Assembly: GCA_049320885.1 (NCBI GenBank)
Contig: JBMORA010000009.1
Span: 352,001-416,000, forward strand
DNA length: 64,000 nt
DNA from: Thermodesulfobacteriota bacterium
Lineage (GTDB): Bacteria; Desulfobacterota; Desulfobacteria; Desulfobacterales; SURF-7
Direction: 5' to 3'
The notes under the pieces are model-generated. The model saw only the letters and a program-made list of their open reading frames with translations, did not search any database and was not told where the DNA came from. Made by a program: the position numbers and the translations under genes. This document shows, piece after piece, positions 57,889-64,000 of this stretch. Each line of letters starts with the position of its first letter. Positions within the stretch are counted from its first letter, which is position 1.

Positions 57889-60132
57889 TCAGAAACCGGC
57901 CGTTTCCAGGCGGCAGGGCACAAACCGATGGATGGGCGTGCCCATGGGGTCACGATGGGTATTCTTGGTCAGGCGGTTCACATTGATGCCGTGCACCTTG
58001 CCGTCGTAAATCAACCCGAAGCCGTGGGGGATCAGCACCATGCCGGGGCGGACCTGCTCGCTGACCTCGATTTCGCCGACTTCACTGGCGGCCGCGGTGG
58101 TCACCCGGGCCCGTTGCCCGTCCGTAAAACCCAAAGCCGCCGCATCCGCCGGGTTGATGGCGATGGTGCAGTCCCGTTTGCCCTTGTCCCATTCCGGATT
58201 GCGCATCAGGGTATTGATGTTGTATCGCGTGTGGCGCCCGGCGTTCAGGATCAGGGGGAATTCCTCCGGCATCCGCAGGGCCGCGGTCTCGCCGTCGGCG
58301 GTCAGCTCGCGGGTGGCTGCTTCCATTTCCGGGATGTAGACCTCGATTTTGCCGGACGGGGTCGGCAGGGCGGCTATGTTTTCATCCGGATCGACTTTTC
58401 CCGCCCAGATGCCCTGGGGGGTATCCAGCAGGGCCTGGAAAAGGCGGTCCCCCTGGTCGATCCCCGGCGCGAATCCGGCCCGGGCGGCATTCTTGCGGAA
58501 GGTCTTGGGCGCGGTCATGAGCAGGCCCCAGAGGGCCGCCTTGGCGGCGCTGTCCCATACCCGGCCCAAGGTTTTGGCCAGCACGAAGGGCATGCGGGAC
58601 AGGGCGGCGGGCTCCCGGGCGGCCCATTCCATCAGCTTGGCGCCGAAGGTCAGCCGGTCGGCTTCCGCCGCCTGTTGCAGTTCGGGGGGGATTTCCGGGA
58701 TCAGGCCCAGCCGGTCGGCCAGCCGCGTGAAAATCTGGGAGGCTTCCAGGCACTGGTCCGGCGGATCGACGATGGGCCGGCGCAGCTGCAGAAAGACCTC
58801 CGGAAACGTCCAGGGGAAAAAAGTCGTGTCCCAGGACTCGTAAAAAGTCCGGCAGGGCAACACATAGTGGGCCAGCCGCGCGGTTTCGCTCATGACCATG
58901 TCGTTGACCACCAGGAGATCGAGTTTGGCAAAGGCTTTTTCGTATGCGCCGGTGTCGGGGTAGGAGCGCAGGGGGTTGCAGGCGCTCACATACACCGCCC
59001 GTAGCCGGTCGGGTTGGTCGCTGAGGATTTCCTCGGGCATCACCGCCGGAGGAAAGGAACCGGCGGCCGCCGGCGGCATGCCGGTGGCGACGGTCCGCCA
59101 GATTTTCGGATCGCGCTCGTCGGCGTGGAAACCCATGGGCATGACCATGCCGGGGATGACGTTGCCGCCCCGCACGCCGAAAATACCGCAGACGGTTCCT
59201 AGGATATTCATCAGGTAGGAGTTGAGGGTACTGTTGCGGCCCATGTAAATGCCGAGATCCGGATGCATGCACCAGCGCCTGGTGGTCATCAGCCGGCAGA
59301 GATGCAGAACCTGGTCGTAATCGAGCTCGCAGACCTTGACGGCGGCGCGGCTGTCGAATCCGGTGAACCAGGGCCGGATGCGGTCCCATCCCTCGACATG
59401 CGTATCGATATAGTCTTGGTTCTCCCAGCCCTGTTCGATGATCATGGCGATCATGGCCTTGATCAGCAGGGCGTCGGCGCCGGGCCTTACCGGCAGGTGA
59501 AGGTCGGCGACGGCGGCGGTTTCGGTCTTGCGCGGATCGATGATCACCAGCAGGCGGCCGGGGTCCTTGCTGAAGGCTTTCAAGACCTTCGGCGCCCGGG
59601 GCATCTGGTGGCTTTCCATGCCGTTCCAGCCCCAGCCGACCAGCATTTCCGAGGTCTGCTCGTCGGGCACGGCCACATTGTACTGCCGGCCCAGCATGCG
59701 GCCCAGGAGCCACCAGATGCCGCTGAATTCCTGGCCGGCGGAGGAGTAGTAATAGTGGGAGCCCAGGTTGCGGAGGATGCTCAGACCGAAGGCCGCCTCC
59801 ATATGCCCGCCCTGGGAGCTGCCGCCCATATACGCCAGGCAGCGCGGTCCATGCCGGTCCACCAGGGCGCGCAGCTTGTCGGCGATTTCCCCGATGGCCT
59901 GATCCCAGGATATGGGCACCAGGCGGTCGCCTTCCCGTTTCAAGGGTTCGGTCAGGCGGTCCGCCGGATACTGGTGATAGAGCACATTGAGCCCCTTGCG
60001 GCAGGCGTAACCCTGACTGCGGAGGTTTTCCGGGTCCGGCCGCACCTTGACCATCCGGTTGTTTTCCACCAAAATTTCCAACCCGCAATTTTGGGCGCAC
60101 AGCACGCAGCCGGTTTTATGCCATCCGTTCAT
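57889..60132 (-). CDS. molybdopterin (bis-MGD) oxidoreductase
   Basis: CVLCAQNC...CRKG 4Fe-4S, DPR.TET, SETA..A.YVLP, C-terminal pterin-binding domain; no Tat signal. Confidence 0.9.
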   Translation of the reverse strand: MNGWHKTGCVLCAQNCGLEILVENNRMVKVRPDPENLRSQGYACRKGLNVLYHQYPADRLTEPLKREGDRLVPISWDQAIGEIADKLRALVDRHGPRCLAYMGGSSQGGHMEAAFGLSILRNLGSHYYYSSAGQEFSGIWWLLGRMLGRQYNVAVPDEQTSEMLVGWGWNGMESHQMPRAPKVLKAFSKDPGRLLVIIDPRKTETAAVADLHLPVRPGADALLIKAMIAMIIEQGWENQDYIDTHVEGWDRIRPWFTGFDSRAAVKVCELDYDQVLHLCRLMTTRRWCMHPDLGIYMGRNSTLNSYLMNILGTVCGIFGVRGGNVIPGMVMPMGFHADERDPKIWRTVATGMPPAAAGSFPPAVMPEEILSDQPDRLRAVYVSACNPLRSYPDTGAYEKAFAKLDLLVVNDMVMSETARLAHYVLPCRTFYESWDTTFFPWTFPEVFLQLRRPIVDPPDQCLEASQIFTRLADRLGLIPEIPPELQQAAEADRLTFGAKLMEWAAREPAALSRMPFVLAKTLGRVWDSAAKAALWGLLMTAPKTFRKNAARAGFAPGIDQGDRLFQALLDTPQGIWAGKVDPDENIAALPTPSGKIEVYIPEMEAATRELTADGETAALRMPEEFPLILNAGRHTRYNINTLMRNPEWDKGKRDCTIAINPADAAALGFTDGQRARVTTAAASEVGEIEVSEQVRPGMVLIPHGFGLIYDGKVHGINVNRLTKNTHRDPMGTPIHRFVPCRLETAGF

Positions 60133-60151
60133 ATTCCCATCCTCTGGTTTT

Positions 60152-61906
60152 TCAGGCGGTCCGGGGCGCCCGTTTCTCATGAAGCACCGCAAGCTTTTCG
60201 TTCAGGTAAAGTTCCTTGTAGTGCCGCCGCCGGGGCTTACCGCTGGAAGTCTTCTCCAGACTGCGAGGCTCCACGAACACCACGGATCGCAGCGACAGGC
60301 CGTGCCCGGCGGACACGGCGCCCTGGACGGTCTTTACGGCCGAAGCCCAGAACTCATTCAGGGCTGCCGCTTTCGGGCCTGCGGCCTGTGCATCCGCGGG
60401 CAGCCTGCGTTCATCGGCTTCCGCTACAATTACAAGCTCTTCTACGCCGTTTATACATTCCGAGAAGGCCGCGCAGGCCCCCAGGCGAACCGGGGCTCCG
60501 GATTGCTGCACGGTGAGTTCGATATCGTTCGGGTAGTGGTTTCTTCCGGCGATGATGATCATGTCCTTCAAGCGGCCGGTCAGGTAGACCTCGCCGTCCA
60601 TAACGAAGCCCAGATCCCCGGTGCGGAGAAAGGGTCCCTCGTCCGTGTCGGCGAGACGCCCTTCAAATGTGGCCGCGGATTCCTCCGTCAGTCCCCAATA
60701 GCCGCCGGGAACACTGGGACCCTGCACCCACAGCTCACCTACCCGGTCGGGGGGGGATTGGGTGAGGGTGACGGGGTCCACGGCGATCACGCGGTGGCCG
60801 GAGCCCGGGCTTCCGCAACTGACGACAGGGCGTCCGCCGGATTCTTTGCCGGCCAGGACGCGGACAGTATGCTTCTCCAGGTCCGCTGCGCTCAACGTGA
60901 GCACCTTGGGCGGATCGGACAGCGACTTCAGCCCGGCCACGAAGAGCACGGATTCAGCCATGCCGTAGGTGGGCATGAAGGTCTGCGGCCGAAACCCGTA
61001 CGGCCCGAATTTCTGGATGAAAGCCGCCATTGTCTGCTGGAGGACCGGCTCCCCGCCATTTCCCGCCACGATCCAGTGGCTCAGGTCCAGACCCTCGCAG
61101 TCTTCGACTTTGATCCGCCGCGCCGCGTATTCGTAGCCGAAGTTCGGACAGGCGGTGTTGGCGATTTTGTAGTGGCTCATGGCGCGCAGCCACCGCAGCG
61201 GCTTCAGGAGAAAATCCATGGGCGACATCAGGGTGGACTCATACCCGTAGTACACCGGGCCCAATACGTGGCCGACCAGGCACAGATCGTGATAGTGGGG
61301 CGCCCACACCATAGCCGGTTTCGTTGACGTGAGGCGCAACATCTGACCCATCACGCGGAGGTTCGAAACGGCATTGGCGTGGCTGACAGCCACCCCTTTG
61401 GGGTGACCGGTGGAGCCTGACGTGAACTGCAAATAGGCAACCGCGTTCATTTCCGTCCGCGGGCCGGCCCAGTCGGTCGCAACCTGATCGGTCACGGCCC
61501 TCAGGTTGACGGGCAGATCGGGCGCCATCATCGCGACCATGGCCGCCAACTGCTGATTGGTCAAGACGGTCGTGGCGCCGCAGGCCCTGGCGGTGTTCAG
61601 GATCTTGCCGAGGGGGTTCTTGCTGTTCGGATTCGGCAGTGGGACCGGAACCGCCCGCGCCCCCGCTAGGAGGCAGCCGAAGAAGGCCTTCACGAAGTCG
61701 AGGCCCGGAGGAAAGGCCAGCAGGACGCTCGAGCCCGCGAGACCCTGTTCAATCAGGTCTTCGGCCACCCCGGCACTTTGTTGATAAAGTTCAGAGAAAG
61801 TCCACTCCGTGATCGGTCCGTTCAATTCACCGTTGCTCATAAACCGAAAGGCCAGGTCGTCCGCGTTTCTCGTGGCCCGGTCTTTCAAAAAGTCGATGAT
61901 GGTCAT
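60152..61906 (-). CDS. fatty acyl-AMP ligase (FAAL)
   Basis: YLQFTSGSTG.PKG, YGMAE, RTGDLG, GRNHYP.DIE, KTSSGK; FAAL-type insertion before SCG. Confidence 0.88.
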   Translation of the reverse strand: MTIIDFLKDRATRNADDLAFRFMSNGELNGPITEWTFSELYQQSAGVAEDLIEQGLAGSSVLLAFPPGLDFVKAFFGCLLAGARAVPVPLPNPNSKNPLGKILNTARACGATTVLTNQQLAAMVAMMAPDLPVNLRAVTDQVATDWAGPRTEMNAVAYLQFTSGSTGHPKGVAVSHANAVSNLRVMGQMLRLTSTKPAMVWAPHYHDLCLVGHVLGPVYYGYESTLMSPMDFLLKPLRWLRAMSHYKIANTACPNFGYEYAARRIKVEDCEGLDLSHWIVAGNGGEPVLQQTMAAFIQKFGPYGFRPQTFMPTYGMAESVLFVAGLKSLSDPPKVLTLSAADLEKHTVRVLAGKESGGRPVVSCGSPGSGHRVIAVDPVTLTQSPPDRVGELWVQGPSVPGGYWGLTEESAATFEGRLADTDEGPFLRTGDLGFVMDGEVYLTGRLKDMIIIAGRNHYPNDIELTVQQSGAPVRLGACAAFSECINGVEELVIVAEADERRLPADAQAAGPKAAALNEFWASAVKTVQGAVSAGHGLSLRSVVFVEPRSLEKTSSGKPRRRHYKELYLNEKLAVLHEKRAPRTA

Positions 61907-62108
61907 ATTAATCAAGGAAAACCTCCTTAGAATTCAGTATCGGTTATCTTTTTCTTACCGAGAATATGATTACCAAATATATATGGGGATTGTAAAGAGG
62001 TTGTTCCGGAGGTTGTTTGATGTGATTTGCATCCCTTTCCGGATGAAAAAGATGGTTTCCAGTTTACGGATATGGATGTCTTTCCAGCGACCGCAGGTTC
62101 CACTTTCG

Positions 62109-62333
62109 TCAGGGGTTCATCCGGGAATCCAAATGGGGGTTCTGAGAATCCAACAAATCGAGTTTTTCAACCTGCCGGATAGGAGGTCCGAAAATCCGGC
62201 TAAGCAATTCAAGCAAGTTCGCCTCCGCCGTTGCGCGCCGTTCCCTGGCCTTTGCCATCCGCACGAGGTTGTCGCCGATTTTGGTGATCTGAGACTCGAT
62301 ATCCATCAGAAGCTTTTCGTCCTGTGTATTCAT
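62109..62333 (-). CDS. small hypothetical coiled-coil protein
   Basis: GAGG RBS; 74 aa amphipathic helix; no motif recognised. Confidence 0.45.
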   Translation of the reverse strand: MNTQDEKLLMDIESQITKIGDNLVRMAKARERRATAEANLLELLSRIFGPPIRQVEKLDLLDSQNPHLDSRMNP

Positions 62334-62486
62334 CGGTCACCTCATGGTAGTGGAGGGATATTCGGTTGACCTCGCCAATTTCAAGCTGTCTGACTGTCTG
62401 GAGATTTTTTCCCTTGCTGCTTTGCGCGAGCCGGAAAAACAAAAAAGGGCTTGGAAGCATGCCCGCTTAAAAGCCCATGTGGTTTC

Positions 62487-62561
62487 TGGTAGGCGGTACT
62501 GGATTTGAACCAGTGACTTCTACCGTGTGAAGGTAGCACTCTCCCGCTGAGTTAACCGCCC
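62487..62561 (-). tRNA. tRNA-Val(CAC)
   Basis: Reverse complement folds as a cloverleaf, anticodon arm CTACC-TTCACAC-GGTAG, GGTTCAAATCC T-arm, CCA end. Confidence 0.96.
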
Positions 62562-62620
62562 GGGGTGGTCGACAAACGTCTGTCGAATGAAGCGCACTAG
62601 ACCGATTCCGGCTCGTGTTG

Positions 62621-63508
62621 TCAAGTATTTTTTCCGGGTGCTTCCGGATTTTTTTCCGGATCGAAGGGGGAAGGGGATTCCTCATCGACTTGATCCTTTT
62701 CGAAGGAATCGCCGGTATAGGGTGAGACGTCATGGGGATTTCCGGGCGTCTCCGGGAGCGCGTCTTCCATGGCGTTTCCACCGGAACCGGGAACGGCTGA
62801 GGCGTCCGTATCCAGGGCGGTGGCCGCCATACTGGTGTTTCCGGCTTCGGGATGCCCTGCGTATTCCAGCGGCCGTTCGGATTCGGGTAATTGTTCGGCC
62901 AGGGCTTCGGCTTCGGGGGTCCGGCCGTCCAGGAGTCCGCCGCTTTCCGGTGGCTGATCGGCAAAGGGATTGGGCGTGCCCTCGCTCCGCCGGCTGAAGG
63001 ACTCGATTTCCTTGAGGGAGGGCAGTTCCTTGAGATCCTTGAGCCCGAAAAGTTCCAGAAATTCCTTGGTGGTGGCGTAAATCAGGGGCCTGCCGGGGAT
63101 TTCCTTGCGGCCCAGAACGCGGATCAGCCTGCGCTCCATGAGCATGCGGAGAACGCCGCCGGAATCCACGCCCCGGATATGCTCGATATCCGTGCGCATG
63201 ATGGGCTGACGGTAGGCGATGATGGCCAGGGTTTCCAGGGAGGCCTTGCTGAGCCGCGCTTGGCTTGGCTTGACCAGGCGGGTGACCCATTCGCGATAGG
63301 CTGGATTTGTGCGGAACTGATAGCCGCCGGCCACTTCGCACAGAATGAACCCGCCGCTGCGGGCTTCATATTCCGCAACCAGACGTCCCAAGGCGGTCCG
63401 GATGTCGGCCGGCTCCATCTCCGGCAGGGTGGTCTTGATGCGCTCCACGCTCAGGGGGTCGTCGGATATGAACAGCAGACTTTCAATGATGTTTTTCAGC
63501 TCGTCCAT
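62621..63508 (-). CDS. scpB: SMC-Scp complex subunit ScpB with acidic tail
   Basis: IIESLLF, VAGGYQFRT, LETLAIIAYRQP, IRGV, GRP..Y.TT..FL..FGL..L. Confidence 0.95.
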   Translation of the reverse strand: MDELKNIIESLLFISDDPLSVERIKTTLPEMEPADIRTALGRLVAEYEARSGGFILCEVAGGYQFRTNPAYREWVTRLVKPSQARLSKASLETLAIIAYRQPIMRTDIEHIRGVDSGGVLRMLMERRLIRVLGRKEIPGRPLIYATTKEFLELFGLKDLKELPSLKEIESFSRRSEGTPNPFADQPPESGGLLDGRTPEAEALAEQLPESERPLEYAGHPEAGNTSMAATALDTDASAVPGSGGNAMEDALPETPGNPHDVSPYTGDSFEKDQVDEESPSPFDPEKNPEAPGKNT

Positions 63509-63539
63509 TGGTTCAAGCGAGGTTCATGCGCCGCAGAAT

Positions 63540-64000
63540 TTATAGGTAAAACAGCCGGATGACACCGGTCTGCAAATGCTGGGCTATCTGGATCAGGTTG
63601 AGTTTGGCCATTTCGAGAATCGCCAGGAAGGTGATCACGAAATCGCTTTTGTCAACTGCGCCCTCGAACAGTTCGGCAAAGGTCACAGAATTTCTTGCCT
63701 CCAGGATATCGATGATTTGACCGATGCGGTCTTTGACCGATATTTTATCCGCCGTCAAGGAGAAGGCCTGCTCCAGGTTGATGTTTTCCAGGATTTTCTG
63801 GAACGCATCGATAAGCTCGAAGAGGCCCACCCGGATCAGTTCCGGTTCTTCGTCGGAGACCGCCGTTTCTTTCGAGGGCGAGCGGACAAAGGTGTGCTCC
63901 CCCAAAAGGGTCCGCTCGGAAAGTTCCTCAGCCGCCGCCTTGATCTGCAGGTATTCCTTCAGGGGGCGGGCGATTTCCATCCGCGGATCTTCCTCTTCCT
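63540..64000 (-). CDS. scpA: segregation/condensation protein ScpA (5' end outside window)
   Basis: C-terminal VITFLAILE.AK...I.Q winged helix; directly upstream of scpB. Confidence 0.9.
   Translation of the reverse strand, partial: EEEDPRMEIARPLKEYLQIKAAAEELSERTLLGEHTFVRSPSKETAVSDEEPELIRVGLFELIDAFQKILENINLEQAFSLTADKISVKDRIGQIIDILEARNSVTFAELFEGAVDKSDFVITFLAILEMAKLNLIQIAQHLQTGVIRLFYL

Noticed and set aside
62487..62511. tRNA-Val 3' end as attachment site of an island
   Set aside because: No duplicate of the tRNA end and no integrase noticed in the window (visual check only).
1..64000. CRISPR array, rRNA, prophage or transposase
   Set aside because: No regular repeat-spacer pattern and no corresponding genes seen.

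Overview
GC-rich bacterial DNA whose gene content points to a sulfate-reducing deltaproteobacterium (probably Desulfobacterales; inferred). About 1-46 kb is an accessory-looking redox, oxyanion and nitrosative-stress region. It holds a thioredoxin/CcdA/Acr3 cluster; an AAA-ATPase plus Phd/VapC insertion; an MddA-like methyltransferase, rhodanese and CDF-DoxX fusion; and a MOT1 transporter divergent from a recombinase-derived TunR-type regulator. Next come an NnrR-like regulator with DUF1858, hcp and qNor; chrB-chrF-MFS without chrA; sigma54-type operons with Mrp, NifU-like, CGGC, radical SAM and MetF genes; and a YedE/TusA/DUF3343 selenium-associated cluster. A six-gene operon ending in a 13-CxxCH cytochrome c3-OTR fusion lies divergent from a Cys-PAS sigma54 activator, followed by a selenocysteine peroxiredoxin that the ORF track splits in two. 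The right part has two gene relics, birA-pyc, a Fis-HTH/S8 protease fusion, a Mo-oxidoreductase with an orphan FAAL, tRNA-Val(CAC) and scpB/scpA. The best unannotated signals are non-coding: a candidate sigma54-driven ~90-nt RNA with anti-Shine-Dalgarno tracts at 32.2-32.3 kb, a structured leader before birA-pyc, an NnrR box at exactly -41.5, several operators and a two-copy MITE-like element. Family calls are from motif recognition by eye; no searches were run.
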